The notes: generated by a model from the letters alone, not told the origin. Numbered from the stretch's first letter, positions 1-9,825 are shown. The stretch: DNA of 62,839 nt from Chloroflexota bacterium (GCA_010092845.1 JAADYW010000272.1:1-62839); one strand, 5' to 3'. Translations and numbers: made by a program.

Positions 1-222
1 CCATTCCCCACCCCGCTAAAGCAGGGTGTCCCCTGGCGCAAATTCTATGGATCATCAACCTACAGACACCCGGGTGCTGGCCGAAGTTCCATTTCTGAGC
101 AAACGCTAATCGCCGGTATCAACAATAATGCCGCAGGAAAAGCTGCAGCATCATTGCTTCTTCTATAATGGCCTACGCGAGGCTTTGAGCTCCAACCTCA
201 CGCCATCAGACTAACCCAAGTG

Positions 223-1395
223 TCATCCACCCTTGACGATATCGCTATCATCGATTTCCACGGTGGGCGCGGCTGGCTCATCACCCTCTTGTTCAGAATC
301 AGACTCGTCAGATGCCTCATCAGATTCTGATTCGTCGGATGGATCCTCGGTACTCTCGTCCTCATCTGTACCGGTACCGGTTCCCGTCCCTGGTCGATCT
401 GAAGGATTGCTGATGACCTCACCGGTTTCCGGATTGACCGAGCCGGCTGGTAGTATCGTGATGCGATCTCCCATGAATATCCAACGCGGGGGCTCTTCCC
501 AACCATTGCGCTCGAGCAAGTCGTCGCGCGTTACACCAAGATAACGGTACGCCACCAGAATGCTATCAAAGGTATCGCCTTCGGCAACCACATGCACCAC
601 GCTACCATCGGGTTGAGCAGACTGCGGTGACACAAATGGCACTGTTTGCGGTGGCTCTGGCAGCGGATCCTCTCCTTCTGGCGCGGCACCGGCATTCAGC
701 GGATTGCCCTCACCTTCGGGCAGCGCGACCAGGGAGGCATCGTCCCAGTAGGTTTCACGCAGCGCCGGGGCTGCTGCTACAGTAGTGTAGAAGAAGACGG
801 TCATCTGGGTCGACTCCGCCACAGCATCTACCGTCAATGCGTAGAACGCATCATAGGCTTCCTGAGGGGTGGACCACAGCACAGTGCTGGCCAGCCCATC
901 CGTGCCACCGGTGGGGTCAATTCCAACCTTAGCCCGCGCACCAAAACTTGTGTCTGACGAGCGGCCATCAGGGCCAGTACAGGAGAATTCGCGATCATCG
1001 CACGTCCAGAGAAAGCCATAGATCGTGAACCGATAGGTCTTGCCCGGCTCAACGGTAACCGTCTGGAAACCGCCGCCCGTCCAGGCAACATAGCCACCCT
1101 TCAGAATCCAGGAGCCAGGCGCAGAGCGGGCATATGGCAAGAACTGGTTGTAGTCGGTCGCCGGGGGCTGACCATCAGCCCACAAGTCCCAATTTAGTGG
1201 AATCTGGCCGTCAATACCCTCGCGGCCGTAGAACCCGTTTGAGAAATTTGTATTCTGCAACAAGTTAGGGCCTTGTGCTTGCGCAACATTGGACGGCGTA
1301 ATCTCCGCCGGCCCCAGTACCGGGATTGCCATCAAGATCATCATAGCAACGAGGGCTGACCGCAGGACCAACCCATTTTTAGCAGTCGTCAACAT
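223..1395 (-). CDS. Secreted protein: N-terminal signal/TM, jelly-roll (CBM-like) region, one LysM domain, acidic Ser/Asp/Glu-rich C-terminal tail
   Basis: Hydrophobic N-terminus (LVLRSALVAMMILMAIPVLG). LysM-like segment VHVVAEGDTFDSILVAYRYLGVTRDDLLERNGW...GDRITILP. C-terminal low-complexity tail DEDESTEDPSDESESDEASDESDSEQEGDE. Confidence 0.7.
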   Translation of the reverse strand: MLTTAKNGLVLRSALVAMMILMAIPVLGPAEITPSNVAQAQGPNLLQNTNFSNGFYGREGIDGQIPLNWDLWADGQPPATDYNQFLPYARSAPGSWILKGGYVAWTGGGFQTVTVEPGKTYRFTIYGFLWTCDDREFSCTGPDGRSSDTSFGARAKVGIDPTGGTDGLASTVLWSTPQEAYDAFYALTVDAVAESTQMTVFFYTTVAAAPALRETYWDDASLVALPEGEGNPLNAGAAPEGEDPLPEPPQTVPFVSPQSAQPDGSVVHVVAEGDTFDSILVAYRYLGVTRDDLLERNGWEEPPRWIFMGDRITILPAGSVNPETGEVISNPSDRPGTGTGTGTDEDESTEDPSDESESDEASDESDSEQEGDEPAAPTVEIDDSDIVKGG

Positions 1396-1553
1396 CTATC
1401 ACAAACTCCCGAGCCAAGCGGCCCCACATTTACCCACAGTTTTCGATGCCGCGTGTATCCATTCCGACAAGCATCGCCGGGATTCTAGCATGGTGTTCTT
1501 AAGCATGTCAACCAAGTTACAGCCTTCGACTGGCCAACGATTGCCTTCCACAC

Positions 1554-3362
1554 CTATGACAAAACCTCATAGTCAAGAGCAGCAGCCTCCGTTTCGGCCT
1601 CAACAACCATCTCCTCAACCAGATCCAGGCCCTGATTCCAGAAACCAGCATCCTGCAGATCAACCCCGAGGCGAGCGACCAACTCATGCGGCCAGACCGA
1701 CCCACCACGGGAAAGCACATCCAGGTAGGTCTCGGCAAACCCTTCCGGTTGCGACTGGTACCGAGCATATAGTGACCAGACGAGGAGTTCGCCAAAGGCA
1801 TAGGCGTATACATAACCCGGTACAGCCAGGAAATGCGGCACATAGCTCCACCAGAGCCGGTATGAGTCGCGCAAAACCAGGCTTTCCCCAAACATGTCTT
1901 GTTGGGTTTGTAGCCAGATGTCAGAGAATTGATCGGTTGTCAGCTCACCTTCGGCACGGAGCCGCGTATGCATCCCCTCCTCAAATCGGTTCATGGCAAT
2001 CTGACGGAATACAGTCGCGAATGTGTCCGCGATCTTTTCAAGGCGCATGGACAAGCGGCGGCGTGGATCGTCGGTTTGCTGCATCAAAGCGTCAAAGGTC
2101 AACATCTCCGCAAAGGTCGATGCCATCTCAGCCGTTGTCAGAGGCGTTGGTTGCTGAAGGCCACCCTGCTTTCGCGCCAAATACTGGTGAACCCCGTGAC
2201 CTAGTTCATGGGCCAGTGTCATAACGCTCTTCGCGTTGCCAACATAGTTCAAGAGGATATAGGGGTGCACGCTGGCGACAGCGCGGTGGCTATACGCGCC
2301 ACCACGTTTGTTCGGCGCCAGAGCAGCATCAATCCACTGATTGTCAAAGAACTGGCTGGCGATATGCGCCATACGTGGGGTGAACTGCTCGAATGCATCC
2401 AGCACCAATTTCTGGGCTTTGTTCCACTCGAAATGCCATTCAGTCTGTGAGACCGGCGCATAGCGATCATAATCATATAATGTATCATAGCCCAGCAGAC
2501 GTTGGATCAAACGATAGTAACGTGCAACAATACCGTACCGGCCTGTGACGCTCGTAACCAATGCCTCAACAGTGGCGTCGTCGGTCTGGTTGTCAATATT
2601 GCGTGACTCAATCCATGACTGGTGACCACGCATGTCGTCAAGAGTTGCTTTGTTCTGGCCCAGTGTGTTGAATATGAACGTCGTGGTATGCGTCAACGCG
2701 GATAAGCCGGTGGTTAAGGCTTCAGCCGCACGGTGGCGCAGATCGCGGTCCGGCGAATAGAGGGCCCGCAATACCTCTGACTGTGTTAGCGGTTTGCCAT
2801 CAAGATCATAGCGCGCCTTGCTCATGACCTCGCCAAAATACCGTTTCCAGGCCTGAGCTCCACTCAAGGACACCTCATGCAAAAGCTTCTCTTCAGGTTC
2901 AGTTAGCACAAACGGTGCTGACTGGCGCATCACGATAAGCCAGTGCCGGTAGGGCTTAAGGGCAGGAGTTTCCGCTTGGGCAGTAAGCGCCTCTGGCGCT
3001 GCTAGCAGTTCCAGCCGGAAGAAGACCAATTGTCGTTCAACACCAGCCCTGAACTTCCTGATCTTTGACAGAAACCGCCCAAAATCACTGTTCAAGGTGT
3101 CCGTTGTCCATTGCAAGTAGGCATAGGTCTCCAAGCGGTTCAGTGTCTCGGTTATTTCCTCGAAGCTTTGCAATGCAGAATAGAGTCCAGCGGCGTCAAG
3201 GGCCGCGATTCGGTCGCGATAGCGCTGATTGAAATCCGCTGCCTTTGCGGTCACTGCCTCCATATCGTTTTGGAGTTCAGTGGATTCCATGCCCGGATAG
3301 AGATCGTCAAGCTTCCAGCGAACACTCTCTGCGCCGGTTTGCTCGGGGGTTAGATTTGCCAT
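1554..3362 (-). CDS. pepF: Oligoendopeptidase F family (M3B) zinc metallopeptidase
   Basis: HELGH zinc motif (LAHELGHGVH) in a ~600 aa protein with M3B-like layout. Start set at MANLTPEQ (ATG 3362), preceded by AAGGAG. The ORF-track extension to 3413 is probably upstream read-through. Confidence 0.88.
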   Translation of the reverse strand: MANLTPEQTGAESVRWKLDDLYPGMESTELQNDMEAVTAKAADFNQRYRDRIAALDAAGLYSALQSFEEITETLNRLETYAYLQWTTDTLNSDFGRFLSKIRKFRAGVERQLVFFRLELLAAPEALTAQAETPALKPYRHWLIVMRQSAPFVLTEPEEKLLHEVSLSGAQAWKRYFGEVMSKARYDLDGKPLTQSEVLRALYSPDRDLRHRAAEALTTGLSALTHTTTFIFNTLGQNKATLDDMRGHQSWIESRNIDNQTDDATVEALVTSVTGRYGIVARYYRLIQRLLGYDTLYDYDRYAPVSQTEWHFEWNKAQKLVLDAFEQFTPRMAHIASQFFDNQWIDAALAPNKRGGAYSHRAVASVHPYILLNYVGNAKSVMTLAHELGHGVHQYLARKQGGLQQPTPLTTAEMASTFAEMLTFDALMQQTDDPRRRLSMRLEKIADTFATVFRQIAMNRFEEGMHTRLRAEGELTTDQFSDIWLQTQQDMFGESLVLRDSYRLWWSYVPHFLAVPGYVYAYAFGELLVWSLYARYQSQPEGFAETYLDVLSRGGSVWPHELVARLGVDLQDAGFWNQGLDLVEEMVVEAETEAAALDYEVLS

Positions 3363-3405
3363 GATACGCACAACTCCTTGCAGATGCCGGGATACGAGTT
3401 TACAA

Positions 3406-3421
3406 TTGCACAATTATGCAA
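3406..3421. promoter_or_regulatory. Operator candidate copy 1 (TTGCACAATTATGCAA, TTGCA-N6-TGCAA inverted repeat) in the pepF 5' leader
   Basis: Near-identical 16-mer recurs at 3529-3544. It lies just downstream of a minus-strand TTTAAA(3463-3468)-17nt-TAGAAT(3440-3445) promoter candidate. Confidence 0.5.
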
Positions 3422-3439
3422 CCGAAAGTATACGAGGCC

Positions 3440-3468
3440 ATTCTACCAGAAGCAAGCTGATATTTAAA
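3440..3468 (-). promoter_or_regulatory. Sigma70-type promoter candidate for pepF
   Basis: On the minus strand: -35 TTTAAA, 17-nt spacer, TGgTAGAAT extended -10. Confidence 0.45.
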
Positions 3469-3489
3469 GCCTATTGACGTGCGGACCTC

Positions 3490-3518
3490 TTGACTTCTGT
3501 CATCCAAAATGGTATATT
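3490..3518 (+). promoter_or_regulatory. Sigma70-type promoter candidate for the receiver-like gene
   Basis: TTGACT (3490-3495), 17-nt spacer, TATATT (3513-3518). Near-consensus. Confidence 0.6.
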
Positions 3519-3528
3519 GATACCACAG

Positions 3529-3560
3529 TTGCACAATTACGCAATTGCAGATTTGCACAA
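3529..3560. promoter_or_regulatory. Operator candidate copy 2 (TTGCACAATTACGCAA) plus adjacent TTGCAGATTTGCACAA half-sites
   Basis: Differs from 3406-3421 at one position of 16. Positioned immediately downstream of the 3490-3518 promoter. TTGCA pentamers cluster at 3378, 3406, 3529, 3545 and 3553. Confidence 0.5.
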
Positions 3561-3568
3561 GGAGGGTA

Positions 3569-4021
3569 ATGATGGCTCACCCCAACAATACGCGACCCCA
3601 GTCGATGGTTCATACGTTGCAGCCTGTAAGCTGCCCCGTCCAGCTCCTCGTTATCGACCGTTGCAACGGCGCGGCCGATATATTTGCCGATACCCTCAGC
3701 CGGCTTCTGCCATTGGATGTTACGCTCTACAGTGCCCGCGACCAGGCGTCGGCGATTGAGATCATGGACCAGCTCGAGGTCCATCTTGTCATTATTGGTA
3801 TTGAACATGACGCACCAGACAACATCGCACTTGCGCCCTATATCTGCAATAGCCACGACGTAGTCCCCATCCTTGTTGTTGGCCACCAGATTCACCATCG
3901 CTCACGTGCCCGGGCATACGAGTTCGGCGCGGATGAGGTGATCACTCTGCCCCGCCGAGCCCATGAGATGAAGATGATCGTCGAACAAATCACCCAAGCC
4001 TATCTCGAAGCCATTCACTAG
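3569..4021 (+). CDS. Stand-alone degenerate (pseudo-)receiver domain protein, CheY-like fold
   Basis: REC-like beta/alpha pattern (LLVIDR..., HLVIIGIEHD, PILVVGHQ, GADEVITLP). The Asp-Asp pair, phospho-acceptor Asp, Thr/Ser and Lys positions read DR, G, G and L. ATG 3569 follows AAGGAGGG. Confidence 0.65.
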   Translation: MMAHPNNTRPQSMVHTLQPVSCPVQLLVIDRCNGAADIFADTLSRLLPLDVTLYSARDQASAIEIMDQLEVHLVIIGIEHDAPDNIALAPYICNSHDVVPILVVGHQIHHRSRARAYEFGADEVITLPRRAHEMKMIVEQITQAYLEAIH

Positions 4022-4204
4022 GCGGTACGGGAGCTGGACTAGCTCGAGCTCCCCCGCCAGCTCTAATAGGTTGTTGTCGAAATGCTAATACTTCTCCGAT
4101 GGATCGCCTGTATAATCGTAGCGGCAATATCGTAAGTGCAGTCATCTGCGTTAGCAGGTTTTCAACCTGAAGACAATAATCGCATAAGGAAGAAAACGCA
4201 CCCC

Positions 4205-5284
4205 ATGCCCCATGTCGAAATAACATCCGACGATGAACTCGTCCCCACAATCCGGTTCCAGACATCATCCGTATACGAGATGATGATGAGTTTGACGACT
4301 CTGCTATACCCCAGGCGACGTACAGCATGGGCAAACCAGATCCGTCATGAGTTGCCCCGGGATCTTTGGGATGAGTTAAATGAGATCTACGGGTTGTTCA
4401 ACAAGGGTTTCGAGTTCTTCGAGCTAGCGGTTGATTATCCATCTCACCACGACGTGCCGGGCTTCATCCAATATCTCCGGCAGATGTCGCCAACCGTATT
4501 CGTTTTCTACATGGTGGGGCGGCGCATCACCCCTGAGATCATCGCCCAGACAGGGCTCGAGGCCGAAGCGATTATTGAGGCGATCAACGATAACTTTGGT
4601 GAATACTGCCCGCCAGGCAGTGATACGGGGTCCAACGAGACATCACTCAGTTTGATCCTGCGCGACGTAGCAGGGTTTCAGAACCGTGTAGCGGACCTGT
4701 GGCAGTACTACTGGGATGCCTATTTCGCCGAATTTGTGGACACGTTGCAGCCGCACTGGGAAAAAGGTCTGATGGAGACGGAGCGCATATTAACCCAGCA
4801 GGGCAGTGATGCGCTGGCCAAGCACCTCCTCGGCCGCAAACTCGAACTTCCCCCACCCCTGCCAGCCGATCTGCCTTTTACTGAAATCGTGTTCATCCCG
4901 TTGTACCTGCTACCGCATCGAGCGTTTATGTTCTTTGGCTACGGCAATGTCACTGTACTATTTGACAGCGAACACACTGAAGCACGCGCACTTCAGCTAG
5001 AAAGCGACAAAGAACAAGCCTTGGGTACGCTCCGCGCTCTGGGAGACAACACACGCTTGCGAATTCTGCGTCTGATCGCGCATAGCGGTGGCGAGATCAA
5101 CGGCAAAAAAATTGCGGCCAAGCTCAATCTATCGCCCTCAGCGGTGTCGCGACATCTAGCGCAATTGCGTGACGGGGGGCTAATCGTCGAGGAACCAATT
5201 GACCACCGTAACATCTCCTACCGTTTCCAGAAGGACACCATCGCTGAACTGCCCGACAAGCTCTTCGACTACCTCTATAGTTAG
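4205..5284 (+). CDS. ArsR-family winged-helix transcriptional regulator with a long N-terminal domain
   Basis: C-terminal ArsR HTH: LRALGDNTRLRILRLIA...IAAKLNLSPSAVSRHLAQLRDGGLIVEE. Start set at MPHVEITSDD. Confidence 0.8.
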   Translation: MPHVEITSDDELVPTIRFQTSSVYEMMMSLTTLLYPRRRTAWANQIRHELPRDLWDELNEIYGLFNKGFEFFELAVDYPSHHDVPGFIQYLRQMSPTVFVFYMVGRRITPEIIAQTGLEAEAIIEAINDNFGEYCPPGSDTGSNETSLSLILRDVAGFQNRVADLWQYYWDAYFAEFVDTLQPHWEKGLMETERILTQQGSDALAKHLLGRKLELPPPLPADLPFTEIVFIPLYLLPHRAFMFFGYGNVTVLFDSEHTEARALQLESDKEQALGTLRALGDNTRLRILRLIAHSGGEINGKKIAAKLNLSPSAVSRHLAQLRDGGLIVEEPIDHRNISYRFQKDTIAELPDKLFDYLYS

Positions 5285-5309
5285 CCATCATCGAGAGGAG
5301 CCAATCCTG

Positions 5310-5588
5310 ATGAGCACAACGCCCATGCTAGACCAGGCCCTAATTGACGAGTTTGTTCAGTTTTCTCACCAGAATCTGGGCAAAGTGAAACGCTTGCTGC
5401 TGCTTCACCCTGAACTTGTTGACGCGTGTGCAACCTGGGGCGAGACCGCAATGGAAGCTGCCGTGCACGCTGGCAAGACTGACATCCGTGACTTCCTACT
5501 CTCCGCCGGTGCCACACGCCACGAGTGTTGCGGGGGTTGCCAGGCCACAGTACATCGCTTGTCGTCCTCATTTGAATTGCCCCAGTAA
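5310..5588 (+). CDS. Short ankyrin-repeat-like protein, possibly C-terminally truncated
   Basis: GETAMEAAVHAGKTDIRDFLLSAGA resembles an ankyrin repeat. GAGAGGAG RBS lies before ATG 5310. The tail (RHECCGGCQATVHRLSSSFELPQ) does not look like a continuing repeat. Confidence 0.45.
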   Translation: MSTTPMLDQALIDEFVQFSHQNLGKVKRLLLLHPELVDACATWGETAMEAAVHAGKTDIRDFLLSAGATRHECCGGCQATVHRLSSSFELPQ

Positions 5589-5742
5589 AGCCTTGAACCC
5601 CAAGAATCACTACCACATCTACCAACTTGAGCGAGCAGTATCATGCCGCTGGCGACCCTTCACCCATACACTGGTTCGGTTGTGACCGTTTTCATGCTAG
5701 AATCGGTTCAAGTATCTGAATCGGGATATGGAGAACTGGAAC

Positions 5743-6048
5743 ATGCCAGCATATGATTACCGTTGCAAATCCTGTGACCACCGCTTTGAAGCGGTCCATA
5801 AAATGGATGCTTCACCACCACCCTGCCCTACCTGCGGCAGCACCGACCTCCAGAGGCTGATCACATCGGCACCAACGCTGGCTCGTGGTATACTCACTCA
5901 CGCCGGAGACGGATACCGTGCCAGCAAAGAACAATTGCAGGACAAGTGGCGCGAAGAAACCCCGAAACTACGCCGCAAACTCGTCGACAGATTGGGCGAA
6001 GACACCGTCTCGCGAATGGCACCATCACTTAATGCACCTGAGGAATAA
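5743..6048 (+). CDS. FmdB-family zinc-ribbon protein (CxxC...CxxC)
   Basis: MPAYDYRCKSCDHRFEAVHKMDASPPPCPTCGS matches the FmdB/CxxC_CxxC_SSSS N-terminal signature. Confidence 0.8.
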   Translation: MPAYDYRCKSCDHRFEAVHKMDASPPPCPTCGSTDLQRLITSAPTLARGILTHAGDGYRASKEQLQDKWREETPKLRRKLVDRLGEDTVSRMAPSLNAPEE

Positions 6049-6086
6049 ACACTTCTGTTGATCCCTCTAGACTATGGTGAAAACAT

Positions 6087-7697
6087 ATGCAACCCATCGC
6101 CTCAAATATTGACCCAAACGACGAGAAATTCAAAGCCAATGCAGCTCACAATCGGGCCCTGGTAGAAGAACTCAGGGAGCATCTTGACCGCGTTCGCCAG
6201 GGTGGCGCCCAGAAATACCACCAACGCCATGAGGAACAAGGTAAACTATTTGTCCGCGAAAGGATCGACCGGCTGCTGGATCCAGGGTCACCGTTCCTGG
6301 AGATTGGGGCTCTGGCTGCCTGGGACATGTACGACGGCAATGTACCTTCCGCGGGTATCGTGACGGGCATCGGGCGCGTATCTGGTAAGGAATGCCTGAT
6401 TATTGGCAACGACGCCACTGTCAAGGGAGGCAGTTACTATCCCATGACGGTCAAAAAGCATCTGCGGGCTCAGCAAATCGCACTCCAGAACAGGCTGCCG
6501 TGTGTCTACCTTGTTGACTCCGGGGGCGCGTTCCTGCCCATGCAGGACGAAGTTTTCCCCGATCATGACGATTTTGGGCGCATCTTCTATAACCAAGCCG
6601 TCATGAGTGCAGAGGGTATCCCCCAGATATCGGCCGTCATGGGGAGTTGCACGGCTGGGGGCGCCTATGTGCCGGCGATGAGCGATGAGTCGATCATCGT
6701 CAACAAAACCGGAACCATCTTCCTGGGGGGGCCACCTCTGGTGAAAGCCGCCACTGGCCAGGAAGTATCTGCCGAAGACCTCGGTGGGGCCTACGTGCAT
6801 ACCCACATCTCCGGTGTCGCCGACCACTTCGCCGAGGATGATATGCACGCTATCGAGATGCTGCGTGAGATCATCGCCTCCCTGAATACCGAGAAGACTG
6901 TTGAACTCGATATCGCCGCCCCGGAGGAGCCACACTACGACCAAGAAGAGCTGTATGGCATTATTCCTACCACGTTCCGTGAAACCTATGATGCCCGCGA
7001 GGTCATCGCCCGGCTTGTCGATGGCAGCCGGTTCCGGGAGTTCAAGACGAACTATGGAACGACGCTGCTCACCGGTTTCGCCCGTATTGAAGGCTACCTG
7101 GTGGGGATTATCGCCAATAACGGCATTCTTTTCAGCGAGAGCGCCCTAAAAGGAGCCCACTTCATTGAGCTGTGCGGCCAGCGTAAAATCCCACTACTTT
7201 TCCTCCAGAACATCACCGGCTTCATGGTCGGGCGCGAATATGAAGCGGGCGGCATTGCCAAAGACGGTGCCAAGATGGTGCACGCTGTCTCCAATGTCCA
7301 GGTCCCGAAATTGACAGTCATTATCGGGGGGAGCTTTGGTGCTGGGAACTACGGCATGTGTGGCCGGGCGTATAATCCGCGTTTCTTATGGATGTGGCCC
7401 AATAGCCGTATCAGCGTTATGGGCGGTGACCAAGCGGCTAACGTCCTGGCGACGATCAAACAGGACCAACTGGGACGTCATGGTGAAGCACTCATGACTG
7501 AAGACGAACTTAAGGGTTTCAAGCAGCCCATCCGCGAGAAATATGAGCGCGAGGGCAACCCTTATCACTCCACCGCCCGTCTGTGGGATGATGGCATTCT
7601 GGACCCAGCGCAGACGCGCCGGGTATTGGGCCTGGCGTTGAGCGCCTCCTTGAACGCACCTATCGAGACGACACGCTATGGTGTGTTCAGGATGTGA
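6087..7697 (+). CDS. mccB: 3-methylcrotonyl-CoA carboxylase beta subunit (acyl-CoA carboxyltransferase)
   Basis: 536 aa. N-terminal [26 protein letters not shown] motif ([32 protein letters not shown]), followed by two crotonase-like carboxyltransferase halves. Confidence 0.85.
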   Translation: MQPIASNIDPNDEKFKANAAHNRALVEELREHLDRVRQGGAQKYHQRHEEQGKLFVRERIDRLLDPGSPFLEIGALAAWDMYDGNVPSAGIVTGIGRVSGKECLIIGNDATVKGGSYYPMTVKKHLRAQQIALQNRLPCVYLVDSGGAFLPMQDEVFPDHDDFGRIFYNQAVMSAEGIPQISAVMGSCTAGGAYVPAMSDESIIVNKTGTIFLGGPPLVKAATGQEVSAEDLGGAYVHTHISGVADHFAEDDMHAIEMLREIIASLNTEKTVELDIAAPEEPHYDQEELYGIIPTTFRETYDAREVIARLVDGSRFREFKTNYGTTLLTGFARIEGYLVGIIANNGILFSESALKGAHFIELCGQRKIPLLFLQNITGFMVGREYEAGGIAKDGAKMVHAVSNVQVPKLTVIIGGSFGAGNYGMCGRAYNPRFLWMWPNSRISVMGGDQAANVLATIKQDQLGRHGEALMTEDELKGFKQPIREKYEREGNPYHSTARLWDDGILDPAQTRRVLGLALSASLNAPIETTRYGVFRM

Positions 7698-7703
7698 GTT
7701 TGC

Positions 7704-8330
7704 ATGACACTCGATTTCCTGCCAGCACACCACGCGGACGACACCGCGAAGATTCTGGCATCGAAATGGCAAGACCGCGGCGCCTCATACACTGCTGGGG
7801 ATGAGCACACCGGACGGGGATGGCACACGGCCAAATATCGTCGCACGCTTAGCTTCCCGGGCCCCGAGGTAGCAGCTGTTTTCGATCAGGCGCGTGCACG
7901 GCTTATCAATTGCGATTTTGTCCCCTTTCACCGGGCAACGTTCACGGGAATCTGGAACAGCCAGGGCCGCCTGCCCCAACCGGGCGACCTACTGTTCCAG
8001 CGCTTCCATCTCCTCCGGTTCGCTGGGCGAAGTCTACTCGACCTACTGGCAACAGCGCGGATCGCGGATCTTAATGACCAGCCCGGCTATTTCACCATAC
8101 AGACGAGCACCACCCGCGGCCACCCGATACCGGGAAGTGCAGACTACGCTGTTGCGGTTGAGCGTGGCGAGGTTGTGTTCGAGATGCAGGTTATCGCACG
8201 GCCAGGTACAATGTTCACGTGGCTAACCTGGCCGTTAGTAAGCTGGTATCAGAAGAAGTTCTGGCAAGCTATACTGACGACCATGGTCAAAGGTGTACGG
8301 CTCGATCTAACTGAGGGACCGAATGTTTAA
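7704..8330 (+). CDS. Hypothetical protein, DUF1990-like, embedded in the carboxylase operon
   Basis: 208 aa with no TM segment. TTRGHPIPGSADYAVAVERGEVVFEMQVIARP resembles the DUF1990 core as I recall it. Its stop overlaps the next start (ATGTTTAA). Confidence 0.5.
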   Translation: MTLDFLPAHHADDTAKILASKWQDRGASYTAGDEHTGRGWHTAKYRRTLSFPGPEVAAVFDQARARLINCDFVPFHRATFTGIWNSQGRLPQPGDLLFQRFHLLRFAGRSLLDLLATARIADLNDQPGYFTIQTSTTRGHPIPGSADYAVAVERGEVVFEMQVIARPGTMFTWLTWPLVSWYQKKFWQAILTTMVKGVRLDLTEGPNV

Positions 8331-9825
8331 AAAGATTCTGATTGCCAATCGGGGCGAGATCGCGGCCCGTATGATTCGCGCCTGCCATGAACTGGGGATC
8401 GAAACCGTTGCGGTCTTCTCCGAGGCGGACAGTGACGCGTTGCATACGCGTCTGGCTGACGAGGCGCATCTTATCGGCCCGGCGACCCCCGGCGAGTCCT
8501 ATCTTCGGGGCGATAAACTCGTTGAGGTCGCGCAGCGGACGGGCTGCGAAGCCATCCATCCTGGCTACGGCTTCCTCTCTGAAGCGCCCGCTTTTGCGCG
8601 GATGGTGCGCGATGCTGGCCTGGTCTTCATTGGACCGCCCGCCGAGGCGATCGAGAAGATGGGGGTGAAAACTGAAGCTCGCGCCATCATGGTCGCAGCT
8701 GGCGTACCAATCGTGCCTGGCTTCCAGAGTAGCACCGCCACACTCGATGACTTTGCGCGTGAGGCCGACAATATTGGCTATCCACTGATGGTAAAGGCCG
8801 CGGGTGGCGGTGGCGGCAAGGGCATCCGCATTGTCCACCAACCGGAACGGCTAACAGAGGCGATCGAGTCGGCGCGCCGCGAAGCGCTACACGCCTTCAA
8901 TGATCCCATGATCTTCCTGGAAAAGTACATCGCTGACGGGCGTCATATCGAGGTGCAGATTCTGGCTGACATGCATGGCAATGTGATCCATCTCTTCGAG
9001 CGCGAGTGCTCGATCCAACGCCGCCACCAGAAAATCATCGAAGAAACGCCATCACCGTTTCTCTCGGACGACGTGCGGTTGCAGATGGGCGAAGCAGCCG
9101 TGAACGCCGCACGAGCGGTCAATTATGTCAATGCGGGGACGGTCGAGTTCATCGTGGATAACCAGATGAACTTCTATTTTCTGGAGATGAATACCCGTCT
9201 GCAGGTCGAGCATCCGATTACTGAAATGGTGACAGGCACGGACCTTGTGAATGCACAGATCAGGGTCGCAGCCGGTCAGCCGTTGCACTTCAGCCAGGAC
9301 GATCTTTGCCAGCGGGGACACGCGATCGAATGCCGTGTCTATGCCGAGGACCCGGGCAACCACTTTTTGCCCGCCACCGGCCCGGTGTTGCGGACAGTTG
9401 AGCCGGCAGGACCGGGAATCCGTGTCGATGCCGGCGTCGTATCGGGCGATCAAGTGACAATTCATTATGATCCAATGATCGCCAAGCTGATCGTTTTGGC
9501 TGATAATCGGGCGGATGCGATCCGGAAAATGGATTGGGCGCTGGCCCAGTATGTCATCCTAGGACTGACAACCAACCTCCAATTTCTGCGCGATGTGATC
9601 CAGCACCCGGTCTTTGTTGTGGGCGAAGCCACAACCCACTTCGTCGACGACTATTTGAGTGAGTGGGAACCACCCGAAACATCGCTCTCGGATCACGTGT
9701 TAATCGCGGCAGCTATTGGCGAAATGCTCAAACAACAGATTGCGATGGGCGGCCGGAACGGGGGCTGCAACGGTGATCAATATAGCCCCTGGGCACGAAC
9801 AGATCGCTTTCGGATGGGACAATAG
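8323..9825 (+). CDS. mccA: Biotin carboxylase component of the acyl-CoA carboxylase alpha subunit (BC domain only)
   Basis: MFKKILIANRGEIAARMIRACHELGIETVAVFSEAD, ATP-grasp glycine loop MVKAAGGGGGKGIR, and EMNTRLQVEHPITE. Confidence 0.9.
   Translation: MFKKILIANRGEIAARMIRACHELGIETVAVFSEADSDALHTRLADEAHLIGPATPGESYLRGDKLVEVAQRTGCEAIHPGYGFLSEAPAFARMVRDAGLVFIGPPAEAIEKMGVKTEARAIMVAAGVPIVPGFQSSTATLDDFAREADNIGYPLMVKAAGGGGGKGIRIVHQPERLTEAIESARREALHAFNDPMIFLEKYIADGRHIEVQILADMHGNVIHLFERECSIQRRHQKIIEETPSPFLSDDVRLQMGEAAVNAARAVNYVNAGTVEFIVDNQMNFYFLEMNTRLQVEHPITEMVTGTDLVNAQIRVAAGQPLHFSQDDLCQRGHAIECRVYAEDPGNHFLPATGPVLRTVEPAGPGIRVDAGVVSGDQVTIHYDPMIAKLIVLADNRADAIRKMDWALAQYVILGLTTNLQFLRDVIQHPVFVVGEATTHFVDDYLSEWEPPETSLSDHVLIAAAIGEMLKQQIAMGGRNGGCNGDQYSPWARTDRFRMGQ

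Noticed and set aside
1-168. Open frame running in from the 5' window edge (…PFPTPLKQGVPWRKFYGSSTYRH…LLLL*) as the tail of a truncated gene or mobile element
   Set aside because: The translation has no recognisable family signature, and an alternative frame is equally open for ~100 nt. Evidence is insufficient to call a feature.
1289-2224. 311-aa plus-strand ORF, with other long antisense ORFs such as 6288-6944(-), 18712-19461(+), 40574-41104(+) and 53891-54613(+)
   Set aside because: Each lies entirely antisense to a gene with strong family signatures (pepF, mccB, the TIR-STAND gene, the GT-C transferase, the histidine kinase). Their Arg/Pro/Ser-rich low-complexity translations are typical of shadow ORFs in GC-rich DNA.
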